A stretch of 63,766 bases of DNA, counting the filler, from Sphacelaria rigidula (lineage: Eukaryota): NCBI GenBank assembly GCA_964200075.2. It is 8 parts of 8 records of this genome, joined end to end, with 100 filler letters (N's around TTAATTAATTAA, not from the genome) between each part and the next. Parts side by side here need not be neighbours in the genome. Positions count along the whole stretch, not along the records: positions 1 to 7,885 come from CAXNAA020013102.1; positions 7,986 to 15,869 come from CAXNAA020013103.1; 6 more parts are not named here. The stretch is one strand, 5' to 3'. Positions 1 to 11,477 of the stretch are shown here, piece by piece (position 1 is the first letter of the stretch; every line of letters starts with the position of its first letter). The notes under the pieces are model-generated. The model saw nothing but the letters and a program-made list of their open reading frames with translations. It was not told the DNA's origin and ran no database searches. A program made the translations under genes and the position numbers.

Positions 1-62
1 GGATGCGTGGTCAATGGTCAGACGACTAAGGCAAGCAACACATGAGAACGCCCCCCCCTCCC
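1..62 (+). repeat. Dispersed ~75-bp repeat family A (truncated copy at scaffold start)
   Basis: GGATGCGTGGTCAATGGTCAGACGACTAAGGCAAGCAACACATGAGAACGC followed by a C-run. Near-identical at 8011-8086 and 23730-23822, inverted at 59816-59893, diverged and inverted at ~21218-21288. Confidence 0.9.
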
Positions 63-1044
63 TTCTTTTCTCTAGCTTGCACGGGTGTCGCTTGCGTATG
101 CAGACACGATCTTACCTTGAACACCGATGAGATCGTAGCGCAGCTTTCATTTTCGACCCTTGCCCACGCGAAGGGGGCCGGGGGCTACCAGGATAGCGGC
201 CACCACTCTACTTGGTGTATGATGAATCGCAGGGCTCCGTCATGGATGAAGGTCGTAGTGTTCCTCCTACCGGCTTGCTTACGGCAGAGTTCGCGTGCCG
301 CTGCTCTGAGTACTGGCACGAAGCGATGTGAGATAGCGGACGGTAAGTGCTTCCGGTACACAGCCGCACTATTTGTCACATTTACAGTCAGTGGCGGTGC
401 TGTAGTGGAGGTGTTTCTTGAAAGTGCTCTACCGCTCTACACGAGATACTGTAGACCAGCTCTGCTGTATCTGGCGGTGTGCTATTTCACAAGCTGTGAT
501 GATGACCCTATTTGCCCCTGAGCCGGAGATTGTGAAACATAGAGAAGGGGAAATCGAATGTTGTCCTCGACGGCCGGTTTCGGTTGGTATTTTTACTACT
601 TGCTTTCATTTAAATCGTTTTTTTTATTTTTCCGTTTACTTTTTATTTCCTCGCCTCCTTTCTCCCTCATTTTAGGCTTCCATGACGTCGAAGCGAGAAA
701 TGCCGTTAGCGGAGGCTACCGTGGCGACAGAACGGCCTAGAATTGCTTAGAAGTACAAGAGGTAAGATGCCGGTTTCTTTTCCAGCATGTATTAATGTGT
801 ACAGTGTCACCACGTAGCTCCGTAGTACTCAGGCTCACTAGTAAGTAACACCCGTCGATGCTTTGCTCATCAATATTGATCATTTTCAACAAACTTGCGT
901 GTAGAGCGGCCGGAAGTAAAATCGAAATCGCCGTCGACCGAGAATGAAGTAATGATAATTAAAAAAATAATTAGTCACTCGAGCGTCGAATCTATTCACA
1001 GCCTTTTTCTTCGAGTGGTGACCGCATGCTTAAATCTTGTTGTG

Positions 1045-2160
1045 TTGAGCCGGTCGGAGACGGTCATGTGAGATTTTCATTTGTTGTACCTTCCGGCTCA
1101 ACGATGGTCATGTGGGACTTGTAGTACCTGATACAGAGATGGGCATGTTAGGGTTGGTTTTGTGGCAATGTCGCTCAAGTGATTTTCGTCGACCACAGTG
1201 CGTGTCTACCGACCGGGTCAGCCATTTCAGCCATATTAATATCGGAAAATCGAAAAAATCGGCGTAATGTCCGTTCTCGGAAGGAGCACTCTTTCATGTG
1301 CCCCAACAATAACAGTCATTCCCTGTTTAGCATGCGCATTCTCAAGCCAAGTTGATTTTTGAGAAGTGTCTTTTTTTTCACTTGAGAAACACCGACCTAG
1401 AACTAGGAACACACTAATATTGTCCTTGGACTTGTAAAAACAAAACTGGGTATAGGATAACGATTCTTAGGCCGCAGCGTCCTCCCGTTCTGGCCGGGCA
1501 TCAAATACGTTGGCTTTGTTATTGGATTCGGCAAAACACACGCTATACTGTACCCCGATGAAATGTTGCGAGCGCATCGCAAACCACAATCGATGTGCTT
1601 TTAACTACACCCAACGGTGGCTATCGGAATATAGCAAGGGTCCAAGTCGCACCTTGACTGTTGGGTTGACAAGAAGGTAGTCCACCCGCGCGTTTTACCT
1701 CTCGTGCATGCTACGAGCATTGCCACATACATGGCAAAAAAGCGAAAAAAAGAGCTGTTCACTTTTTTGTAGATATCTGAATCTTCTTCACGTATGTTTT
1801 TTTTTTTCATGCCATCGTTTCATTCAATTGGGCAGGTTCAAAGATGGTCACGTGAGGTTTGAATTTCTGCCGTACGTCCACCCCACCGGTCAAAAGGTAC
1901 TCGTACTATTTCTCCTTTTTTTTTGGTTTTTCGCCCAACTGTCCGTTTCAAATATGTTCACGCGAAATGTTCTTTTCACGCCTTCCGTTCCAATTACATG
2001 AGATTTTTCATTTTGCTGGCCAGTTCAAGGATGGCCATGTTGTGAGAAATTTTCCTTTTTGCCGTCCGGTTCAAATATGGCCATGAAAGAGCTCAAGTTT
2101 TGCCGTCCACTTCAAGGGTGGTCAAGTGAGACTTTCTATTTCCTCCGCCCGGCTCAACTA
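1045..2160 (+). repeat. Degenerate ~45-bp repeats (CCGTCCGGTTCAA-GATGGTCATGTGAGA-like), probable TE subterminal repeats
   Basis: Motif recurs at ~1050-1120 and about five times in 1830-2160. Confidence 0.55.
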
Positions 2161-2883
2161 CGCTGGGGGTGCTAATTTGTCACGCATGTCGCGTAGAAAG
2201 TCTTGAGTACTGCTCACCTTTTATCATTTGAGTCTCATGGGAAAAGATACCGTGAAAAATGGTCGCACTGGCAATAAGTGAAGAAATAAAAGAAAAACGA
2301 CAATAATCAAGATTTTGTCGCCTTTTTATCGATATGGTATAGTCAAAAATCTGCTTTTTTTCCTCGCCCAGTCTTGAGCCCCACGAATCAAGCGTTGACT
2401 CAAAATGACCGCATGGGCGACAAGGACCAAAAGCAGAAGACGATATAGTTGCGACATATTTTTCTTTGCACATATCAAAAGTTAAAGGGTCAGATTTCAA
2501 GTGAAACTTGGTCGTTACTTGTTGATGACCATCATCCATAAGGTTGACGTTTATCTCTACCGTGTGTACAGCAGTGCATGGGTCACCTTCTACCCGCCAG
2601 ACGATGTTATACGGTAGCTTATGTTCGACAGCTGTATCGGAACCGGGCCATGTGCCTGTTCATCCTCGTGCACGTCCCCCTTCGCGTGCGCTTTAAGGTG
2701 GGTGCCTGTCGCCACCGGAACATGTTCGAGAGCTTATTTGAGTCGAGGGAATTCGTACCAAACGTTTCGGGCATGGCAGTCGCGACGTTGTAGAACGATA
2801 TAAGGAAATATTCCCAGGGGGGAAGGTGGGATGTGCTACGATTGTGACCGGGATACCATTCGCCATCCCCTAGGCGTTTTGCG

Positions 2884-3050
2884 TTATTTTTTTTCCATGA
2901 TCGAGAAGCGACCGAGCTGAATAAACAGGCTTATCATTCAGCATGTGAACATTGATGAAGGAACAGACGTTCTGGGTTATTTTTTTTCCGTGATCGAGAA
3001 GCGACCGAGCTGAAACAAATAGACCTTTTCAGTATGTGATCATTGGTGAG
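2884..3050 (+). repeat. Tandem duplication, ~93-bp period
   Basis: TTATTTTTTT(T)CC(A/G)TGATCGAGAAGCGACCGAGCTGAA...TTCAG-ATGTGA-CATTG-TGA present twice. Confidence 0.85.
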
Positions 3051-3204
3051 GGGGAAAACAAGAAAAACTGGGGTGAAAAACGGTAGCGTCAGGTCTGGTC
3101 ATGTGATCTATGCCAGCGATGTCTGTGGTTTGTTGAAGCGCTGATGCGCGTCGCTGTACCACTCTGTTGTTTGTGTGGTGTAGAGTTGCTTCAGACTCTG
3201 GATA

Positions 3205-3519
3205 TGTGTGGGTGTCTGTGTGTTTTTCTCACACTTTGAACCCCTCCCCTTCCTTGGGATGAGAGTCTGTGGTCTCAAGGGATCGACCCATCTCTCCCCC
3301 GGTACGTGCCTTTCGTTTTGATCTCGCGGATTGGATCAGCACTCCCGCCCCGCGTCAACTCACGTCACACAACCCCAGTCGACTACTTTTGTTTACTCAT
3401 ATTCTCACGCTTTCCACGGTGAAAATCACACATTACGAAGAAAAATCCCAACGCATCGGGAATCGACCCCCGTTCTCTCCACCCTCATGGCGACAGTCGG
3501 ACCATTACAACACCGGGGC
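3205..3519 (-). mobile_element. tRNA-derived SINE, near full length
   Basis: Reverse strand begins GCCCCGGTGTTGTAATGG (A-box-like), then GGGTCGATTCCC (B-box-like). The body is shared with 23954-24118 and the 3' part with ~35905-35976. Confidence 0.8.
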
Positions 3520-3789
3520 GTGTGAGACCAAATGTTATGGCGAGAGGATGAGAGATACAATAGTCGCCGATTCTGTTTTTTTTTTCAATAATCATCTGTT
3601 TAATACGGGGACAGAGTCAATTCAGCATATATTTATGCCGCTTCCATAGTTTTGCACAATTGAGTAAAACCGCCAGAACCATACATAATCGGGCCTCAAT
3701 ATTACATTTCGAGTCGCCCGGCTGTACACAATTGCAAAATTGGGTTTTTACTCTTAAATGCTGCCTTTGCCCGGACGGGAAGGTGGCGG

Positions 3790-4070
3790 GAGCAGGCATT
3801 GCCTTCGCCTTCGCGGAATTTGTCGGCTATAAACGCCTCCTCAACATCGTCATGCGTGGAGCGATGATGGGAGGAAAGACGAGGGCAGGCCCACCAGCAA
3901 AACGCCCACAACACTGTATCACGGACTACTGTTCTTGCTTCGGAATAAACGCGACAGCCTCGTGGGCGCGAGTTGCCCAAGATGTGTCCGAATGGTCCCG
4001 AGTTGTAGAGGAGGGGGCTAACATGTACATGGCAGCCTGGACCAAAGCACGCCATGCTAAGGAATTGTTT
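3790..4070 (+). mobile_element. RTE-clade LINE, decayed 3' end of ORF2
   Basis: AFAEFVGYKRLLNIVMRGAMMGGKTRAGPPAKR...FGINATASWARVAQDVSEWSRVVEEGANMYMAAW matches the RTE C-terminal pattern (RLP..vm.Gel..Gk...G..k.W...W...A.D...W...V..G). Confidence 0.8.
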
Positions 4071-4763
4071 GCTGTGCTACCACTAGAGCTCCCCCAGTGC
4101 CTACCGAGGACCTCCGGGAAGTAACCAGTAGTCCATCGGGCAGTACACTCGCGAGTACATCTGCCGTCTTTCCGAAGAGCTGTGGTAGTTGTCTATGAGG
4201 GTGCCCGAGGTTGTTTTCGAGTTGACCCTCGCTTGGTGAACATGCCTTTCACGGTGTGTCATCTGTCTTTTTCTTGTCTCTTTCTTCCCTCCTCCTTTCT
4301 TTCGGTGTGTTAGCAAACATGTATTTTTTCCTTTTCATCCCGTTGAGCTCGGGGAAGCTACTTCTCACATGTTTTCTTGGCGTCTCTCTTCTTATTTCCA
4401 TTTCGGTAATATTTTAGGTGATTGTGTTTGTTTTTGTAATTGGTCTGGCGTCTCGAAAAAAAAGACGAGGATTCTATGTCTTGTAGGAAGGAATAGCAAG
4501 GGCGGCGTTGGAAAGACGAGCCTACGTCTGTGATCACGGGTTCGAGAGATCAGACTAAGGTGCGGAAATAATAAGAATAATAATGAGAATAATGATAAGA
4601 ATAATAACCAACCAGTACAGAATATATGTGCAATATCCCGAGGTGTAGGTCTTGAGCGTACGAGTGCCCTGTGTTGTGCTGCTCATTTCGGTGCCAAAAC
4701 GACGTAAAAATAATTGTTTTCTCATGTTCGTGTTTAATGCGAATACGATCAAAGGGTGAAATA

Positions 4764-4801
4764 CCCCCCCCCCCCCCACCCCCACCCCCCCCCCACCCCC
4801 C

Positions 4802-4835
<34 letters not shown>
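4764..4835. repeat. Poly-C/poly-G tract
   Basis: About 70 nt almost pure C. Similar tracts at 31159-31258 and ~31964-32000. Confidence 0.9.
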
Positions 4836-5276
4836 TGGACAGTTTCCCATGGAACAAAGAACAGACGATCCTGGAAAATGGGGTTGAACATTGAAATGTG
4901 GCAAAACCTCCCCATTTCGAAAAATCATGTTTTTTTCGCTACAGTTTTGCAAAAACAACCAACTGAGGATTTTGGTCACCTGGAGTGATTCTAAGGTAGG
5001 GATGCACTTTTTAGTTCGAACCTTTTATGAGGCTTCACACTAAGGCCCAAACGTTGGTCATCGAGAGGGTCCTCAGGTGCAGAGCCTCAGAAAAAATTGT
5101 GCACCCCTACGGTAGGACCACTCTCCCGCTGAAACTTCTCCTAGCTTGCCTTGTCGCGCATCGTTGCGCCCGTCTCTAGAGTCGTACGTATCTCCTTTCG
5201 TACTTTCGAAATGGATGTCACCAGGTGAAAGGAGGAGCTTTCGCCGGTTTCCTTCGGGTGTCATGAAAAGTTTTTC

Positions 5277-5680
5277 CACACGTCGGACAGGTTAGGAGTT
5301 AGCTCTTAGCTCATCTGCGGGCTGTAGCTCACTTGTTGTCGAACATGTGCACGCGAGCTACGTCCGATAGCTCACCCAATAAGGTGAACATAGGCTGATG
5401 AGTTACGGGTTGGTAGCTCACCCAGACAAACATCCGTAGCTCATGTAGCTCTCATAGCTCGCCCAGGACGAATATGAGCTGATGAGCCACGGGTTGGTAG
5501 CTCACCGACGACAAACATCCGTAGCTTATGTAGCTCTCACAGCTCATCCAGGACGAATATGAGCTGATGAACTACGGGTTTGTAACTCACCGAGGACAAA
5601 CGTGCGTAGCTTATGTAGCTCTCATAGCTCACCCAGAGAAACATGCGCGGATGAGCTACGGGTTGGTAGCTCACCCATGC
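5277..5680 (+). mobile_element. End of a non-autonomous TIR element (CACACGTCGGACAG) with ~85-bp AGCT-rich tandem repeats
   Basis: Terminus identical to the TIR of element 35977-36246. About 3.5 copies of an ~85-bp unit (AGCTCACCC...ATGAGCTGATGAGCTACGGGTTGGTAGCTCACC...) at 5370-5676. The second TIR was not clearly found. Confidence 0.65.
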
Positions 5681-6930
5681 ACAATCGTTACACACACGAT
5701 GTAAAAAGAGTCACAGTTTGCCACGCTATCATGAAAACCGGCAGCCCGTGCCTCGCCCGAAGATGTGGCAACTCATTCCCCAATGAACCGGGGATTCTGA
5801 AGAATGGAAACGAACGTTTTTATGGGAATCCAAAAAGGCAAGTGTCCGGACTTGTGGGAAGTGGTACCCCCGGAAAACACCTTCGAGAGAGCTTCGAGGA
5901 ATCGAAAACCCCAACCCTTGTGGCATATATACTGCTAGTATACCCGGAGTAACCAACACCGGGAGATGTCGGGATCGGTCCGAAATATATACTAAGTAGA
6001 TCTCTCCACCACAACCTCATGGCTCCGGTTCTTCAACCTTCAAAGTGAAGGCTCCCGAGGGGTTCAACTCAACCTCCAGCTCTCTAACAATTGTCTTCGA
6101 GGGTGCGGTTTAGAGGTACCATTTCCCACAACCCTGAAAGTTTATTTTTCTGTACTCCTATGTAAAAAGTCTTCTCGATTTTTCATAATCCTCTGTATGA
6201 AGTTGGGGCCAATTTGACGAGGAGGGGGAATTGGGTCGGGCTCCAGTACAGGTATTCGCTGAAGAGTTACGATCTCCGTTTACTGGCGGTTTTATCTGTC
6301 CGTTTTCTCCCAAACATACTAAGACTCGTGCAACGACAAACGGTAGCGGAAACTGACCGCACAGACGAGCAAAATTTACAAAAAAGCAGACGCATGATGT
6401 TGGGGAAAATGAAAAATGCCACTCGAGAGCGTTCATAAAAAGAATATGGTGTATGAATTGCCCGCCGAAACACGTACACCGAATGCGCCATTTTTTGCGG
6501 TCAATCTTGAGAGCCATCCAACGGGTTATGAAGAAGCAACTGTTCGTATATTGGTCAATTCTGCATCCGCAGATATCTTTCGGGGTAGTGTAAGATATTT
6601 TTCTTTGGAAGTCTCCATAGAAAGGAATGTTATCCAGAACAAGAGTTAGAATGTTCCACGGGACATTTATATGGCCCGCGGGAGATTGGCTTGATGTGTG
6701 GTTCTCGGCATTGTAGGTGGGAGTTGTTGATCCCCTCGAGGGTCACTCTCTTTTGTTTCCCGATAAAAATAATTTCTTCTTCATTCATTGTGAACAAGCT
6801 GCCGGGGCAGGCAGCGATCTCGGGACAGCAACTTGATAGGCGGGAGACGAGCCGAACGCGTGTACCAAAATTCAGAGATGAAAACAATATTTTTCTGGCG
6901 TCGAGTCAGGTGTGTATTTGTTCAACATCC

Positions 6931-7162
6931 CAAGGTTGTTTTCTTAAGGATATACCGACTGAAATTCGGATATTTATAGAAGTATCAAAGAGGTGTTTTA
7001 TTCGGAATCACCCTTCCTGACATATCAGAGTGTTCGGATTATGACTCGATACACGGCCGAAGCATGCCGGAATATTCGGGACACATTTTCGATAAGGTTT
7101 AGTATGCCAACCGAAAGTCACCCACCTCCTGGTATGCCCTATCTCTACAGAACATATCCTTG
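6931..7162. mobile_element. hAT-like MITE (CAAGG termini)
   Basis: CAAGGTTGTTTTCT...AGAACATATCCTTG. Flanks CAACATCC/CAACATTT give a 6/8 match to an 8-bp TSD. Termini are related to 37770-37952. Confidence 0.6.
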
Positions 7163-7885
7163 CAACATTTCATTCCTACCATTTGTTGTTTCAAGGATTT
7201 GGAGCAACTTTCTCCGAGTTTTGGTGCCAAAACTGCAGTACTGTACTGTAACGGTTGTTTCTCCGTTATTTTTGGGGGAAAAGAAATGGTGCGTATGAAC
7301 CGCATAAAGAAGGGCGCCGAGTCAGTCATACGGTAAATAGAGAATATCACCTCTCTATTGTTTGGCACGAAGCGGTTCAGTCCCGAGTTGTATTCGTGTT
7401 TCTGACAGTTCAACATACTGCTGCAGCAGACATACTCGACGATTTTCAACTTCCGGCGTCCGCATCTCGCAAACGGCGACAAATGACGAGACACTCAGGC
7501 GACCAAATACTTCGCTTTTCTCTAGACCTTTCCGACAAAGGTGGTTCTGCGTGCTGGTTCCCCAACGTCGGTTCGGTCCTAACTTACTACCATGCATTCG
7601 CACAGATGGACATCCTGCTTCGGGGTGCTCTTGTTGTTGATTCGTTCACTATGAACGCGGCACTTCTACAACACTTCCGTCGTGCAACGACTGCTACCCC
7701 CCCAGCTTTTGAAAAAGTATCGCCTAGACGTTCGTCGGCTAAGTGTGCGTCTCGTAGCGCGCCTTCATATGGATCGTTTGTGCTTTGGAAACGCGGCACA
7801 ACGACGCAATATAGGGAGGGGGGGGGGGGGGGGGAGCCTATTTTTTTCTTTCCATGGCGTTTTTTTTTTTGAACCAGCCCTCCTT

Positions 7886-7985
7886 NNNNNNNNNNNNNNN
7901 NNNNNNNNNNNNNNNNNNNNNNNNNNNNNTTAATTAATTAANNNNNNNNNNNNNNNNNNNNNNNNNNNNNNNNNNNNNNNNNNNN
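7886..7985. other. Artificial scaffold linker 1
   Basis: 44 N + TTAATTAATTAA (stops in all six frames) + 44 N. Confidence 0.98.
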
Positions 7986-8010
7986 GTCTCTATTAGGAGT
8001 AGGAACGGTG

Positions 8011-8086
8011 CTCCGTCTCGAAAGGGATGCGTGGTCAATGGTCAGACGACTAAGGCAAGCAACACATGAGAACGCCTCCCCCCCCT
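8011..8086 (+). repeat. Dispersed repeat family A
   Basis: CTCCGTCTCGAAAGGGATGCGTGGTCAATGGTCAGACGACTAAGGCAAGCAAC... followed by a C-run. Confidence 0.9.
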
Positions 8087-9028
8087 TCATGGTGAGAAAC
8101 CCATGAGGCATTGTACGTAAGCCGTGGCTGTTTCTGCAAGTGGCGATAGCAGAAAATGAAGCAACTTATTGTAGGCTGCCATCCATATGCGAGATCAGCA
8201 GTACGCTTCGGGCCGAACAATCCTAGCAGGACGCAGCTCACCCTTCATGCGACTCGCCGAACACATGCCGGCGCTTCACCCTTGGTGATTGATTGCGAGC
8301 CTGATCCCGCGAAAACTCGGCGTGCTCCGTCCCAGATTTGTAGGGATGCGAGATCAGTGGTGTCACCACTTCAGCCAAGATCATTAGTAACCCACCCCTC
8401 ACCCCCTTTGTCCATCACTTCTTGGCGACCCACGGTGGCCGAAATATTGCCTGATGTTCTATCGGCGGTCTTTCACAGAAAGCAAAGAAAACAGTGAGCG
8501 AGATGTCTGCATCCATCACCGAGCACCTGGCGGTGCTTATGGGACATCTCGAAATCCCAGGGGGTTACCTGCAGCTGGACAGCCAGGTCGACCCAAGTCC
8601 AGGTAGGGGAAAGAAATTTCAACATACCGCCCCCATTCCCCGCATCTGGTGCTGCCCCGATAGTAAGCAAGGTTCCGCTTGTATTTGTTGCACCGGCGGT
8701 TGTTGTCGAGGTAGGCACATACTGAAGCTGCTCACCTCTTGCAGCACACGCTGCAATCGCCGCTGCCCTGCTTCACTGCTACCTTCGCTGCCGCGGCCGC
8801 CACCTCCGCTGTAGACAGGAAGTGGTTTGTAGGTAGAGCTACTCTGTACATTGAAGAGCTAACTGTTGACAACGTAAACTGCTCCGGAGAATCGAACTCA
8901 CCGCGTGTGGTGCATCTTGGTGCTCTGGGACAAACCCTACCGATATACTACAGAGCACGCGTGCCGGACCATAGTCACTTGGTGCCTTCATTCGGGCAGT
9001 TCTTCCCGGCCTGTCTTCGGATATCATC

Positions 9029-10096
9029 TTGCCGACTGTTACTCCCTTCCGCCCTCTCCACGTATACTGTCTCCTTTGCTCTCCGCCCACGCCGCGCATC
9101 GCGCCAACACGGGAAGGCGGTTTACTCGACGAAGATTGCGCGTTGGAGGATGATGACCAAAAAACCGAGTCGATGGGGGGCAGTCCCATACCATCGCACA
9201 GCGCAGGAGACCTCCCCGACACCGACCAACAGTTGGTCACCACGCAGGTCAGCCCGAGCAATCACAACAGCAGAAATATCGCCGCGGGCAAGATTCGGTT
9301 ATTCTCGGGGAACGGAGAAGAGTCGATGGTTTCTGGGGAGGGTGTCGCCGCTCTAGAGGGTGACGGCACCGCCATCGCGACTGCCACTGCCGCCTCTGAA
9401 TCGCCGAGGGTAGCTTCTCATCCTCCTTCCGAAGACGATGTCATGGCCGCGATAAGAGCGGAAGAGGTTGCCAAGGAGCATCCGGATGTCAGTTCGCGTG
9501 CTGTTGTGAGCGGTTGGAAAGGTAAGGGGAAGGCTGTGGATAGTAGTGTGTCGAAAGACGCGATGATTGCGGGGGCAGGGGACGAGGAAGAAGTTGACGG
9601 CGAACGGTGTCGTGGCACGGGTGAGAAAACGGAGGTCGGGACCCCAGAGGATGGCGATGTTGGTGATGATGGTGTCGATGCTGACGCAACAGATGAAGAA
9701 GATGATGGTGGGCACGGTGGGGTGGGTGTAGAGAAAGGAGCGGGCGTAGAGGAAGCGAAGGGCGAGGAGGAGGAGGAGGAGGAGGAGGAGGAGCATGATC
9801 CGAGGGAGAGTAAAAGCTGCGGCAGCAGCACCTCTGATGTTGGAAGCGTGATTGATGCAAGCGGTGACGCGGGGATTGCGACTACTGGAATGAGGCTAGA
9901 GGAATACCATGGGCACGGAGAGCAAGGGGAAGAAGGGGGGCACTATGATGACGACGACACGGAATTTACGGTGCCGCCGTTGGACTTTGGGCGCGGCGCC
10001 CGGCCGGTGGAGCGTGGCGAAGGAGACGATGAGGAGCTGGGGGACGAGGAGGATGCTGGTGAGAGACGTTGGGATCATGCAGTTAGGCTGACATAA
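9029..10096 (+). CDS. Acidic, low-complexity (disordered) ORF; probably a large exon or a TE-protein N-terminus
   Basis: 355-codon open frame, D/E/G-rich with a (GAG)n run. No recognisable domain. The true start and splice boundaries are uncertain. Confidence 0.4.
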   Translation: MPTVTPFRPLHVYCLLCSPPTPRIAPTREGGLLDEDCALEDDDQKTESMGGSPIPSHSAGDLPDTDQQLVTTQVSPSNHNSRNIAAGKIRLFSGNGEESMVSGEGVAALEGDGTAIATATAASESPRVASHPPSEDDVMAAIRAEEVAKEHPDVSSRAVVSGWKGKGKAVDSSVSKDAMIAGAGDEEEVDGERCRGTGEKTEVGTPEDGDVGDDGVDADATDEEDDGGHGGVGVEKGAGVEEAKGEEEEEEEEEEHDPRESKSCGSSTSDVGSVIDASGDAGIATTGMRLEEYHGHGEQGEEGGHYDDDDTEFTVPPLDFGRGARPVERGEGDDEELGDEEDAGERRWDHAVRLT

Positions 10097-10488
10097 TGTC
10101 GCGGAGTGAATCGTCGTGTCATGGTTGTGGGCCAGTGCTAAAGAAAACAGGATATACCAGAGGTACTGTTTCTTACTAATTCAGTGGCTCACTTGGTTCT
10201 GGTCATGACTTTTTTTTGAGCTTATCAGCCAAGTTTTACAAGGTCACGCCATGTGATAGTTGAGCGGTTGGTCCACAAGATCATGTCATACACATGCCTT
10301 TTGTTTTTTTCCTCGTGCGCGAGCGTTTGGTTTCTCTGACCGTTGATTCCGGTATCTAAATGTGTGAGACCTTCATGGCCAGAGATTACGTCCATTGAAC
10401 GGCTGGTGCGACCACCCATACGAGTGTGTACGGAAACATATATAAGATATATATCTTCATTCATCAATTATCTTTTACTCGTACACAG

Positions 10489-11360
10489 CCGTTGATTGGT
10501 GAGCTGATCGCTTGCGGACCCCAATGTTGTGAGCTAACGGACACTCAGAGGCATGCCATTGTTTCGAACGTCCGACACCTCGCGCGACGTCGGTCTTTTC
10601 CTGATAGCCGACTCGCAAGCCGCTTCTAGGGCCCTGCGTTTGTACGATCTCCTATATGCAGCCGTGGCGGTGGCCTGTCGGGGACGTCCTTTTGCGACGT
10701 CTGTCAGTTCATTCTGTACATCGCTGCTTTCCCCCCCCCCCAGTGTTTCTACTCGACTTTCCTTCAACTTTTATCTAGCGACCACGGCTAGACTCCGGGC
10801 GCACCAGCTACCGTGAAACAACTATTCGAGTCAATCGCACCAAGCGCCGTGTTTGAAGGCGAGGGTGGTATTTTCATGTAAGGCAAGGGCTCAGCGGTGC
10901 GGTGCATCTGCTGTGCTGATGAGTTTCCCTCATTGTGTTTGGCTACACATTGCAAGCAACGATCGTGGAGTTCAACGTCCACTTTTTGCATTTGCCAACA
11001 TGGACACCGGCTGTTGTTGTCGCCCCTCGCCAAGGGTAAGCTCGACCCGTCTTCTGCTAAAACATGACTACCGACTGTACTGGGGTATGTGAAATCGTGA
11101 CATTTTTCATCACCTTACACGCTACATGCACGTGTTTGCCACGCTTGCCGCTTGCAATGCGTTAGACCGCACGATTTTACACAATGTCAATGTCAACGTT
11201 ACCCCGTCCACACGAAAGCTGCTACTGCACATATGGTCCGTGTTGACCGTGACCCGATTACAGGACCGCAGAGGGAGCATCCATGACTCAATATGCAATT
11301 GAACGGCTGGCCGAAAGACTGATTCCCTGGTTTGAACTTTTCATAAGTCTGACGAATCAC
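10489..11360 (+). pseudogene. Possible decayed transposase-like coding relic (Sola-like N-terminal pattern)
   Basis: Stop-interrupted pieces: CGPQCCELTDTQRHAIVSNVRHL; KRRV*RRGWYFHVRQGLSGAVHLLC; ERLIPWFELF. The resemblance is by eye only. Confidence 0.2.
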
Positions 11361-11477
11361 ACGATTAGTTCGTACATTTTCAACTGTTGCACGAATTAAT
11401 CATGGTATCCGTACATGTTTCGGGCTCGCGGTTCGTGCGGCGCTACGGGGAATACGTGCCATCCCGCTCGTCATTAA

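Noticed and set aside
2560..2860. Possible pre-SET/SET-like relic (CIGTGPCACSSSC...; SGMAVATL)
   Set aside because: Requires several frameshifts and stops; the resemblance is too weak to support.
4550..4988. Gly-rich/Pro-rich ORFs
   Set aside because: They are translations of the poly-C tract; the same applies to 30982-31394.
5370..5676. CRISPR-like repeat array
   Set aside because: The inter-repeat sequence is itself repeated (no unique spacers), there are no cas genes, and the context is a eukaryotic TE.
9353..9860. Minus-strand ORFs overlapping the acidic ORF
   Set aside because: Shadow frames of a GC-rich low-complexity sequence.
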